Shown: positions 1 through 8,046 of the stretch, one piece after another
Layout of the letters: the number at the start of each line of letters is the position of its first letter
How positions within the stretch are numbered: position 1 is the stretch's first letter
Source: a virus
Taxonomy: Duplodnaviria > Caudoviricetes
Length of the DNA: 30,228 nt
Reading direction: 5' to 3' (one strand)
Virus record (IMG/VR): IMGVR_UViG_3300032255_000017
Span: 1 to 30,228 of that record
Translations under genes and position numbers: made by a program
The notes under the pieces: model-generated
Seen by the model: only the letters and a program-made list of their open reading frames with translations
What the model was told of the DNA's origin: nothing
Database searches by the model: none

Positions 1-1
1 A

Positions 2-3000
2 TGTCCATGAATAAAGCGATGCCGTATTCGAATCAGCGACCGTGAAATCAGTGTATTGACCGAGATACGTTTTACCCACCGAATCGGTTGTACTAAAACC
101 TGCGGTACCGGTGGCATTAGTCGCGTAAGCAATGTGAAGATAACTTGTTTGGCCATTCGTGCCATTGGTGCCGGGAATGCCATCAGAGCCGTTAGCCCCA
201 TTCGCACCTTGCACTAATTGCCAATTCCACAGGCCGCTACCCGATCCCGCATCAGCAACCGTCGAATCAACATAGGTTCCAATGTAAGCCTTGCCGGTCG
301 GACTTTGGCTAAAGCCACCACCGCTACTATTGTCCGCATATGCGATATGAAAATAGGTGTTAACGCCATCCGAACCGGGTGGTCCTTGAATACCTTGAGT
401 CCCATTCGCGCCTTGAATACCCTGCAATCCTTGAGAACCAGTGGGACCGGGTGCGCCGTCACTATAGGCTAAGACTGGCGTCGACCATGTTAGCGTTGCA
501 TCAACACCTGAATTTCCGGTAATAGCCGCGATCGTTTTTGAAATATAAACATTTGCGCCACTGCCAGGAAGTACATTAAAACCCCAACCGGTTGGCGCGA
601 CACCAGAGCCTGAATCAAAATCCCAACTCCCGCCAGTAGGCGTTGCCGGTAGGCTCGAACCACGCACGTAAACGCTAAGCTGAATACTTGAATTTCCATC
701 GACTCCATCGCCGTTATCAATCGGATCATCGACAATCGGTATTCTTGGTTGAGGTATAAATTGAATTCGGGAGGCATTTTGTTTTAGATCGAATGCCGAC
801 TGATTCTGCGGGTTATTCGATAGCGCGGTGATACGCCCATTAATAGCTGGGACTGAACTCGTTCCACCATCAAGCAAGATTAAAAGACCGCCCGGTGTTG
901 AATGTCCAGCGTTACCGCCGACCACGCTGCCAGATGGCGTGACGGCATTACCGGCTACACCAGACATATCAATTGCGGCTGTACCAGCCAGTGACCAGCC
1001 ACGACAAACAACGACAAGTGCCGAGCCAGAATCGTTACCAATGCCGCCTGCTGACACGTCGACAACTTCGCCAAGAGAATCAACGGTCGTACTTGGCGCA
1101 CCATTGGCACCCGCGCTGCCCCGTAAATCGGTGGGAATACCGTCAATAGAAAGTCCGTCCGGGTTATCCAGTGAAAGCGATGGGAACGCTTCGTGAAGAC
1201 CTTGATTGGTATTACCCGTTCTGACCGTACATGTTTCACTTTGTCCGACTTGACTCGATTGGGTGCAAAACGACCCATTGCCAGCTACCGATGAGCCGAC
1301 AAATCCAGCGCCGGTCGCGCGGCCATTGCCGACACAATTAATGTTTCCTAATTGGGTAATAAACCCCATGACTCGAAGCTGGATATTATCAAGTATCGTT
1401 AAGGTGACGCCTACAGGGATTGTTAAATCGCCAAGGTGATAAACCACACTCGTCGAATGGTCAGAATTACCGATTAACGTTGTATCGACGGTTAATGAAT
1501 CGTTCGTCACATTGACAAGCGCAATACCAGACGAATTGTAAAAGCTATCCGCCATCACTCTAACTGAACCATCGGTTAGTGGCGCTGGTGTGAAGGTTGA
1601 GCCAAACAATTCGAGATCGACAATCCCTTTTCGCTGATCAACGCGAGTCGAAATAATTTGCATGGCTCGGCTAATGGTTGAGCCTGAGTTGAAATCTTGG
1701 ATGCTAGAGTGATTAACGTTCACGACATCGCCAACTTCTAAACTATTATTTCTAGAAAATGTGGAGACTTTAAGCCGTGCACTTTCACCCGCAAAGCGAT
1801 CAGAAAATGAATTAACCGCATTGAGTAACGTAGTGGTGGTCGCAGTGACGCCGTTAAGCAATCGAAACTTGAACGACTTGTTTTTTTCACCATAATCGGT
1901 AATTGAGTCAGCAAACTTGAAGGTACTTTTTCGGCGGTATTCGGGCTTTTTAGGCAGCGGGTCGAAACTCCATTCGATTTCGAATTTGTTCGACGTTGCC
2001 GATGAATCAAAGGTTAAGTCCGAATGCTTGGTAATGTTTGAGTTATCAAGTGTAAAAACTGGCGACGCTTCGTCGTTGATAGCGAACAATCGTTTAACAT
2101 CAAGACCACCGGCACCATTCACGCGAAGATAACGCGAGTTAGGCAGTAGAATTTCTGATTCAATAAACTTCTTGCCATCGGTTTTTTTAAGCTCGACCGC
2201 ATACGCCATGAAATCGTCTTGGCTAGTAAAATCGGACTGGCTCAGTAGCGTAGAATCCATTCCTAGTTGCCAGTGCAGTGGAAATGTTCCCGTTTGACCG
2301 ATTTGTATTCCTGTCATGACGGCATAAGCTAATTTAAGTGATTTCATTTGAACAAAAATTAATTCTTTAATCTTTGGACCTTTTTCATCGCTTGTGTCAT
2401 TCGGCAATACCCATGTCTGAGCGGTGGTTCCCAATACACCACGCACACACGTAAATGATGTGCCGATGGCGGTCACTCGGCAATATTCTTTATTATTACC
2501 GTCCGATATTTCTAAGTAGGTGCACGTCGAACTTGGCGCATCGAGAAAATCGGAATCTCGCTCGACCAGCTGCCAGTCAGTTAAGTTATAAACTTGAACG
2601 TTTGTATCAGTGGGCGAAAGCGCGACCGATAATCTCGTTTCAAGCGGTTGCATAATAGGTTGGTTCATACCGTCCTGTGGATCTTTGCAGGACATGGCGT
2701 AAATGCCTTTTTTATACCGAATTTTTTTATCGATGTATTGTGTTTGCTCAAGCCGATAATCAGCCCATGCCATCCCTTCATAACCAAGATAAAGCCGCAC
2801 TCGCTTGCCAAATAAAACTTTTCGATTAACACGTTTGGAATTGAAAACAGCCGTCACCGATTTGCTAGCATCAACAAGATTAAAGGACAATGATCCAATG
2901 GAGCTATTTGCGCGTTCTGGAATGAGCTTTTGACTGACAGACGAAGTGTCTTTAAGGACACCATGAGTGACGGGTGAAACAGTGGGAATATCAGAATGGC

Positions 3001-3115
3001 TGGTAAAGTAGTAAAGATCCGTTCCATTCGTTGAAAAATCAATTTCAATAACGAAACGAGGGGACTTGAATTTTGAAGTGTTATCTTGATCAAACGCAAT
3101 AGAATTACTTCTCAT
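2..3115 (-). CDS. Tail tip / central fibre host-specificity protein (partial, >1038 aa, runs off the window)
   Basis: Manual translation: ATG at 3115 overlaps the upstream TGA (ATGA), MRSNSIAFDQDNTSKFKSPRFVIEIDFS..., open to base 2. Gly-rich middle, then collagen G-X-Y tracts and Y.HIAYA repeats. Missing from the ORF track because no stop is present. Confidence 0.9.
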   Translation of the reverse strand, partial: MRSNSIAFDQDNTSKFKSPRFVIEIDFSTNGTDLYYFTSHSDIPTVSPVTHGVLKDTSSVSQKLIPERANSSIGSLSFNLVDASKSVTAVFNSKRVNRKVLFGKRVRLYLGYEGMAWADYRLEQTQYIDKKIRYKKGIYAMSCKDPQDGMNQPIMQPLETRLSVALSPTDTNVQVYNLTDWQLVERDSDFLDAPSSTCTYLEISDGNNKEYCRVTAIGTSFTCVRGVLGTTAQTWVLPNDTSDEKGPKIKELIFVQMKSLKLAYAVMTGIQIGQTGTFPLHWQLGMDSTLLSQSDFTSQDDFMAYAVELKKTDGKKFIESEILLPNSRYLRVNGAGGLDVKRLFAINDEASPVFTLDNSNITKHSDLTFDSSATSNKFEIEWSFDPLPKKPEYRRKSTFKFADSITDYGEKNKSFKFRLLNGVTATTTTLLNAVNSFSDRFAGESARLKVSTFSRNNSLEVGDVVNVNHSSIQDFNSGSTISRAMQIISTRVDQRKGIVDLELFGSTFTPAPLTDGSVRVMADSFYNSSGIALVNVTNDSLTVDTTLIGNSDHSTSVVYHLGDLTIPVGVTLTILDNIQLRVMGFITQLGNINCVGNGRATGAGFVGSSVAGNGSFCTQSSQVGQSETCTVRTGNTNQGLHEAFPSLSLDNPDGLSIDGIPTDLRGSAGANGAPSTTVDSLGEVVDVSAGGIGNDSGSALVVVCRGWSLAGTAAIDMSGVAGNAVTPSGSVVGGNAGHSTPGGLLILLDGGTSSVPAINGRITALSNNPQNQSAFDLKQNASRIQFIPQPRIPIVDDPIDNGDGVDGNSSIQLSVYVRGSSLPATPTGGSWDFDSGSGVAPTGWGFNVLPGSGANVYISKTIAAITGNSGVDATLTWSTPVLAYSDGAPGPTGSQGLQGIQGANGTQGIQGPPGSDGVNTYFHIAYADNSSGGGFSQSPTGKAYIGTYVDSTVADAGSGSGLWNWQLVQGANGANGSDGIPGTNGTNGQTSYLHIAYATNATGTAGFSTTDSVGKTYLGQYTDFTVADSNTASLYSWT

Positions 3116-3507
3116 TGTTCGCGGATCCGCGCACTAAAAGAGTAATACATATTTCCAACGCGAGAAGGCTCGTAAGACTTTTTAGCGACCAATACTCCAG
3201 TAAGGACATTATTTGGCGATGCAATAGAACCAAGCAAGTCAAAACTAATCGACTCACCAGAACTAGAAGATAAAAGGAATTCTCTAAACTCTAACATCTT
3301 AGTTTGTCCCATCGGGATGGTCGTAATTTGATGCTCCGTATTGACAGCATTCAAAATCGTTTCTGAATCGTTATAGGTAAATTGCTGGTTAATATCCAAA
3401 CTGTCAATTGGTGAATGCGCCTCTAAATCAATTTCTATTGTGTAAACCGTACCGACAACGTGGCCAAATATTAGGCCGCGCTTTGCCGTGTATTGAAACG
3501 TTGCCAT
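3112..3507 (-). CDS. Distal tail (Dit/gpM-like) protein, putative
   Basis: 131 aa between tape measure and tail-tip genes, coupled to both; assignment positional. Confidence 0.6.
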   Translation of the reverse strand: MATFQYTAKRGLIFGHVVGTVYTIEIDLEAHSPIDSLDINQQFTYNDSETILNAVNTEHQITTIPMGQTKMLEFREFLLSSSSGESISFDLLGSIASPNNVLTGVLVAKKSYEPSRVGNMYYSFSARIREQ

Positions 3508-5478
3508 TTATCCCCCTGCAAGTATTTGTTCTTCTTGTCGCGAGCCTGCTGGAATGATTTCGCCACCATCCTCAATAAATGTACGGATCTGCTCCGCCAC
3601 CCGATTGCCGTCATTGCCGCTCGCATTGATAATGTAAGTATTGGAAATTTTTTGATCTTGAAGGTCGTTCAAAGGTGGTTGAGACGCACTTAAGTCGACG
3701 GGCTGGCGGTCGGAAGCCTTAGAAATAGTCGGCACTCCCACCGATGCGCTTCCTCCGCCACCTTTAGAACCCGACTTTATTCCTTGTTGTGATTTAATTC
3801 CTTGCGCCCAAACAGTTGCGTATGCTGCCGCACCTAATGCAGGGCCTACAATAGGTATTCCAGCCAACGCCTTGTAGGCAGCCATCGCCCCTGAATGAGT
3901 GTTTGTTATGGTTTCTTTTAACGCTATTCCGCGAGAAAGCTTTTCTCCTTTTTCACCAAAAGACTTTGAAAGCGAACTTAGCTGACCTAAAGTTTTTGAT
4001 TCTCCCTCGACGCTCTTCTTTTTGATGGCGTCACGTTTTTTCTCGAATCGTTGTTCTGTTTTATATTTTTGCTCAAGAAACTGTTGGTAGTTTATGGCGT
4101 TTGCTTCTCTAGCAGCCGTTATGATCGCGAGCTCTTCGCTTTCTTTTTGTTGAAGCAATTCAAGCTCAGCAAGGTTTGATTGAATTATCCTGTCGAGCTT
4201 AGCTTGTAATTTTTCCTTAGCCTTATCTTCTTTTTCGCTAATACTTTTTTGCATCTTTTTATTGATGTTTTCTTCGATAACGTTGCCAGCATCAATAGCG
4301 CCAACCTTAATATCTTCAAACGTTTTCGTGATTGCTTCGCTAGGTAAAGGCTCCATCATCATATTGTGTAGTTTTGAGTTTTCTTCGCTAAGCTTGTCGA
4401 CCATGCCAGTGTAAGCGTCGTCAATAATTTTAGGCGTTTCGAACGTTAGACCCTCATCAATATCATTGAACGCTTGGATCGCCTCGTCACTAATCACTCC
4501 TATCGCGTTCCCAGCATCTAACAAAGCGCCAATAGGCCCTAAAACTAAATCCTTCAAGGTATTTGATAGAAATCCAACACCGTCAACAACTAGCTTAATC
4601 GCGCCAACAATTGCGGCACCGAATCCGATACCCGCGATTTTTATTCCTTGGAATATTATTTCGACGCCGTGCAATCCATCAGCCATAACCCCAATGACCG
4701 CCCGAACGCCGTCAATCCCTTTAGTTATCCAGCTCGTGCCACTGGTGGCCGTCATGGCCATTTTCGTGAACTGCTTTGCTGCTGAAACAATGAAAGGCGC
4801 TAGCTCTTTCGATATTTTTAGTCCCACACCTGATACAGCATCTCCAGCTTGCTTTATTGCTGTTTGAGCTGCAAAAAGCCTTTCTGCGTCTAACCGATCC
4901 ATACTGACTCCGAGTTCGTCAGCTTCATTACTAAGCCGTTTCAGCTCTTTTCCGTTATCATCTAATAGAGGAAGAAGTCTGGATGCATCACCAGCCAAAG
5001 CCTCCATAAAAAATATTTTCTCTGACTTCGTTGCGACTCCATCCAATGCAGATCCTATTTTAATTAGTTGGTCTGGGGCAGATAATCCGATGAAATCTTT
5101 AACATTTAAATTTAGTTTTTCAAACATATCTACCGCACCGCCACCGCCAGTAACAGCCAGATCGCCAATTTTATCTTGGACATCCTTGAAAATATCCGCC
5201 ATCTTGTCGCCTTCAATGCCAACCTGTTCACCAGCGTATTGCCACTGTGAAAGCTCTTTAACCGAAGCGTTTACCGTATTCGATAATTTCAGAAGTTCAG
5301 AGCCAGCGTTGATTGATGAGTTAACTATCGCGCCAAGTCCGGCAAAACCAGCCATAGCAGCAAGCTGAATTCGCGTGTCATTAACGCCAGAGCGCACACT
5401 TTTTAGGCCGCCTTTTATCGACTTAAAAGCAGCTTTCGTTTTATCATTGGCGCTGATTATAAACTTGTAGTTTTTCAT
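3508..5478 (-). CDS. Tail tape measure protein
   Basis: 656 aa, Ala/Gly-rich and helical, typical N-terminus (IISANDKTKAAFKSI), hydrophobic segments; follows the tail chaperone. Confidence 0.93.
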   Translation of the reverse strand: MKNYKFIISANDKTKAAFKSIKGGLKSVRSGVNDTRIQLAAMAGFAGLGAIVNSSINAGSELLKLSNTVNASVKELSQWQYAGEQVGIEGDKMADIFKDVQDKIGDLAVTGGGGAVDMFEKLNLNVKDFIGLSAPDQLIKIGSALDGVATKSEKIFFMEALAGDASRLLPLLDDNGKELKRLSNEADELGVSMDRLDAERLFAAQTAIKQAGDAVSGVGLKISKELAPFIVSAAKQFTKMAMTATSGTSWITKGIDGVRAVIGVMADGLHGVEIIFQGIKIAGIGFGAAIVGAIKLVVDGVGFLSNTLKDLVLGPIGALLDAGNAIGVISDEAIQAFNDIDEGLTFETPKIIDDAYTGMVDKLSEENSKLHNMMMEPLPSEAITKTFEDIKVGAIDAGNVIEENINKKMQKSISEKEDKAKEKLQAKLDRIIQSNLAELELLQQKESEELAIITAAREANAINYQQFLEQKYKTEQRFEKKRDAIKKKSVEGESKTLGQLSSLSKSFGEKGEKLSRGIALKETITNTHSGAMAAYKALAGIPIVGPALGAAAYATVWAQGIKSQQGIKSGSKGGGGSASVGVPTISKASDRQPVDLSASQPPLNDLQDQKISNTYIINASGNDGNRVAEQIRTFIEDGGEIIPAGSRQEEQILAGG

Positions 5479-5771
5479 TCTTGGATGTTGCTCTCAATTA
5501 TTTGCATTGACTCAATGAATCGGTTTGATTGCTCTAGCAAGCCACCAGAAAAAGGCATCAGACTTTTTTTAAAGTGAGGAAATAATCGCAGCATTAATTC
5601 TGACGCCTGAGTGACCATTGGAAGTAAGCAAGAATGGCTTTCGATGACGTTTTTTATTACCCATTTCGGGTAGGGTGCAGGATTAGAGTCGTCGCAATAA
5701 CGGTGATGGCAGGTTGAACAATTAAACTCTTTAGCCTGTTGATTAACCGTTACTGCGATAATTAGTTTTTT
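5475..5771 (-). CDS. Tail assembly chaperone -1 frameshift extension (gpGT-like T segment)
   Basis: Slippery A AAA AAC at 5771-5765 just before the TAA of the 112-aa ORF; the -1 frame is open for 96 codons (LIIAVTVNQQAKEFNCSTCHHRYC...SGGLLEQSNRFIESMQIIESNIQE) and its TGA overlaps the tape measure ATG. Confidence 0.85.
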   Translation of the reverse strand, partial: KKLIIAVTVNQQAKEFNCSTCHHRYCDDSNPAPYPKWVIKNVIESHSCLLPMVTQASELMLRLFPHFKKSLMPFSGGLLEQSNRFIESMQIIESNIQE

Positions 5772-6100
5772 ATTTCTGCACCACTCAGTGATGACACTGT
5801 AAATATCTCTCTGGTTAACTCTTGAAGAGTGACAAAAGGGATCAGTTCAAAGTTGTCAGACGAAAAGGGAACCACCTCTTTGCCATCTTTAAAATTCTCC
5901 CAATCGACAATCCCTTCAATCCATAAAAGCTCTCTTGCTGTTTTATTTGGCCTTGGGTTTCCGCTTACTAGCTCGCAATCATCTGCCACTTCATAAAATT
6001 TTGCTGCAGACAGGGGTTTGATTTTAAATCTTGTTGGCTTTTTCTTGCGTTTTTCGCTATCTGGCGTAAACCAGAACGCGGTTAGTTTAGAAACGTTCAT
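5762..6100 (-). CDS. Tail assembly chaperone (gpG-like)
   Basis: 112 aa between tail tube and tape measure, ends EIKN* at the slippery site. Confidence 0.85.
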   Translation of the reverse strand: MNVSKLTAFWFTPDSEKRKKKPTRFKIKPLSAAKFYEVADDCELVSGNPRPNKTARELLWIEGIVDWENFKDGKEVVPFSSDNFELIPFVTLQELTREIFTVSSLSGAEIKN

Positions 6101-6109
6101 TGATTATCC

Positions 6110-7042
6110 CTATGTGAAAAGAATGGTGATTTCGTCATCAGTTGTCGCTTCTGACGCGCCGTAGCCGATTTCGTAAGTTCTCAGACTGTCTCTGTCGCCG
6201 GGACTTAACTCTCGATAACTAACGGACGGCATATCAATTCGGTATCGATTTCCTGCAGTGGTTCCAATCACGCCACACGCAAGCGCTTTCGTCGATGATG
6301 ACTGCAAATCGCCAAGGAAATCCTGAACAGCAACTAAGGTTGCTTCGGGGTCAAATGAACCGTTAACATCTCGGCCAGTAATAATGACATCGCTATAACC
6401 ATCGGCTGATGAAATACTGGCAGGTGTCGTCAGTTCGTTTCCTAGATCAAAGGAAAGATTGTTGATAATTGCGGCATAACCACCAATCGTAAATGGCACA
6501 CTTATCAGAGGAGCTGGCAACGTTGAATCGTAGCTAGGTGACGGTAGCGCACTATCAGTTTTCGATAATAGATGTCCAGTAAATGTAAAGCTTAGCTTTC
6601 CAAATCCGCCCGTTTCTAACGCTCCAGAAACCGTACCACGACAACCTGTTAATTTTATCAACGAACCATCTTCATAATATTCGATAGTTGCTGATTCGAT
6701 AGCTGTTGAAACCGGCGAATAGGCGACACTTGTCGAAGCAACAATTGTTTCCCCCATAGCGCAAGCTCTCAGAGCTTGGCCACACTCGGGAGCAACGCCA
6801 GCGCTACCAGATCCTTTTATTTCGACGTCAAATGACACGGTATAAAGCGAACCACCGTAAACGCTTTGCTTTTTGGCTATGCTGCCATCAATCGGCGCTC
6901 GCTCAACCATTCTTAGACCTTCAAGGCCATTAGAAAGATTTTCGACTAGTAACGCGTCGACGCTCGCAGAAGGGACCGCATCTGTATTGTAGGTTGACTC
7001 TACTTTTAAAAGTACAACCTCTCTTCGGACTAGCTTAACCAT
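6110..7042 (-). CDS. Major tail tube protein
   Basis: 310 aa, beta-rich, N-terminal LLKVESTYNTD and GCRGTVS motifs typical of ~310-aa siphovirus tube proteins; position. Confidence 0.85.
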   Translation of the reverse strand: MVKLVRREVVLLKVESTYNTDAVPSASVDALLVENLSNGLEGLRMVERAPIDGSIAKKQSVYGGSLYTVSFDVEIKGSGSAGVAPECGQALRACAMGETIVASTSVAYSPVSTAIESATIEYYEDGSLIKLTGCRGTVSGALETGGFGKLSFTFTGHLLSKTDSALPSPSYDSTLPAPLISVPFTIGGYAAIINNLSFDLGNELTTPASISSADGYSDVIITGRDVNGSFDPEATLVAVQDFLGDLQSSSTKALACGVIGTTAGNRYRIDMPSVSYRELSPGDRDSLRTYEIGYGASEATTDDEITILFT

Positions 7043-7130
7043 TCTTTTTCACCTCTTTTGTCTTTTGAGCTTTCTTTTCGGGCTGTATGGTTTTAGTCCC
7101 GCCGCTTTTTAAAATAACTTTCTTCTTCAT
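7035..7130 (-). CDS. Small Lys-rich protein, 31 aa (MKKKVILKSGGTKTIQPEKKAQKTKEVKKNG)
   Basis: Manual translation; fills the gap between tail terminator and tube genes and overlaps the tube start. Confidence 0.5.
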   Translation of the reverse strand: MKKKVILKSGGTKTIQPEKKAQKTKEVKKNG

Positions 7131-7133
7131 GGG

Positions 7134-7565
7134 TCACCCACTTGGATCGGTTAATAGTGATCGATAAATAACTTTGTATTCGACGGTTGCAAAAGCTGTC
7201 GGTTGTTCGTCAGCTGAGACATCAGGCGAACTCATGCCGTTTGGTAATGTAATTAGGACAAATGGCAAACCTTGGGTTTCGTCTGCCATCAATGCAATTT
7301 GAATTTCTTTTCTGATTGCGAGTAAAATACTATCGATATTCGGTTCATCACTTTTAACAAACATCTCAACCAATATGGTTAGCTCGTTGTCAGATTGCGT
7401 GTTGTGAATACTTTCAGGTCTATCTGCACCCATTTTTAAATTAATTGCTGGCAACGATTCGATGGCATATACGCGCGATTGATAAATGTTTTGGCCTGTC
7501 GTTAAAAGACCGGTTAGTTTTGATTTTATTGCTGCCAGGATTTGATTGGCTTTATGATCAGCCAT
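7134..7565 (-). CDS. Tail terminator (gpU-like)
   Basis: 143 aa, SRVY...LPAINL motif, immediately upstream of the tube gene. Confidence 0.75.
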   Translation of the reverse strand: MADHKANQILAAIKSKLTGLLTTGQNIYQSRVYAIESLPAINLKMGADRPESIHNTQSDNELTILVEMFVKSDEPNIDSILLAIRKEIQIALMADETQGLPFVLITLPNGMSSPDVSADEQPTAFATVEYKVIYRSLLTDPSG

Positions 7566-7812
7566 TTAATATAACCTCGATAAATCCATCGCCATCTGGT
7601 TGTAACTCGGCGATTTTGTAGGAACGCTCATTAATCACGACAACATCGTCAACTTTTATCGTGATACTATCTGAAACGGTTAACACCGGCTTATTGCCGG
7701 ATATTCGATTAGTTTCCACATAGACATACGAGAATAAGCCGGACACATTTTTGTTAGCAATGTTTGCTAAAACGTAGCCCGGCATATCTGGATCTATAAT
7801 TTCAGAAAACAT
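7558..7812 (-). CDS. Head-tail joining / head closure protein (gpFII-like)
   Basis: 84 aa, C-terminal YKIAELQPDGDGFIEVIL resembles FII-type joining proteins; position. Confidence 0.75.
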   Translation of the reverse strand: MFSEIIDPDMPGYVLANIANKNVSGLFSYVYVETNRISGNKPVLTVSDSITIKVDDVVVINERSYKIAELQPDGDGFIEVILNG

Positions 7813-7968
7813 TTATTTTTCAGATTTCACTTTCTTTTCAGATTTCACTTTCTCAGCGCGACCGCCGGATAATAGGTATGTCGCGTCTTTATCCGAGACA
7901 TCAACGATAGAATTAGCTTTACAGTGTTCACCTGCAATACCCATATCATGCTTAATTTTGATTTTCAT
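7813..7968 (-). CDS. Small head-associated protein, 51 aa (gpFI position)
   Basis: Manual translation MKIKIKHDMGIAGEHCKANSIVDVSDKDATYLLSGGRAEKVKSEKKVKSEK; AGGTG RBS; stop abuts the next ATG. Confidence 0.75.
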   Translation of the reverse strand: MKIKIKHDMGIAGEHCKANSIVDVSDKDATYLLSGGRAEKVKSEKKVKSEK

Positions 7969-7984
7969 AAATCACCTAAATAAG

Positions 7985-8009
7985 AAAAGCGCCGCGAGGC
8001 GCTTTATTT
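7985..8009 (-). terminator. Intrinsic terminator after the capsid gene
   Basis: AAAGCGCC-4nt-GGCGCTTT hairpin with T-rich tails on both strands. Confidence 0.75.
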
Positions 8010-8046
8010 GTAAATGTATCTTCCGGTTTTTTATAACTAACGAGAT

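Noticed and set aside
2-457. Repeated fibre modules as a diversity-generating retroelement TR/VR pair
   Set aside because: No reverse transcriptase in the window; copies differ at all base types and both are in-frame coding.
214-3099. Short ORF-track calls in the first 3.1 kb (e.g. 214-462, 828-1196, 955-1278, 2854-3099)
   Set aside because: All are alternative-frame or antisense shadows of the continuous tail-fibre ORF 3115-2.
7817-7852. 18-bp tandem repeat TTTTCAGATTTCACTTTC
   Set aside because: Simple coding duplication (KVKSEK) in the 51-aa ORF.
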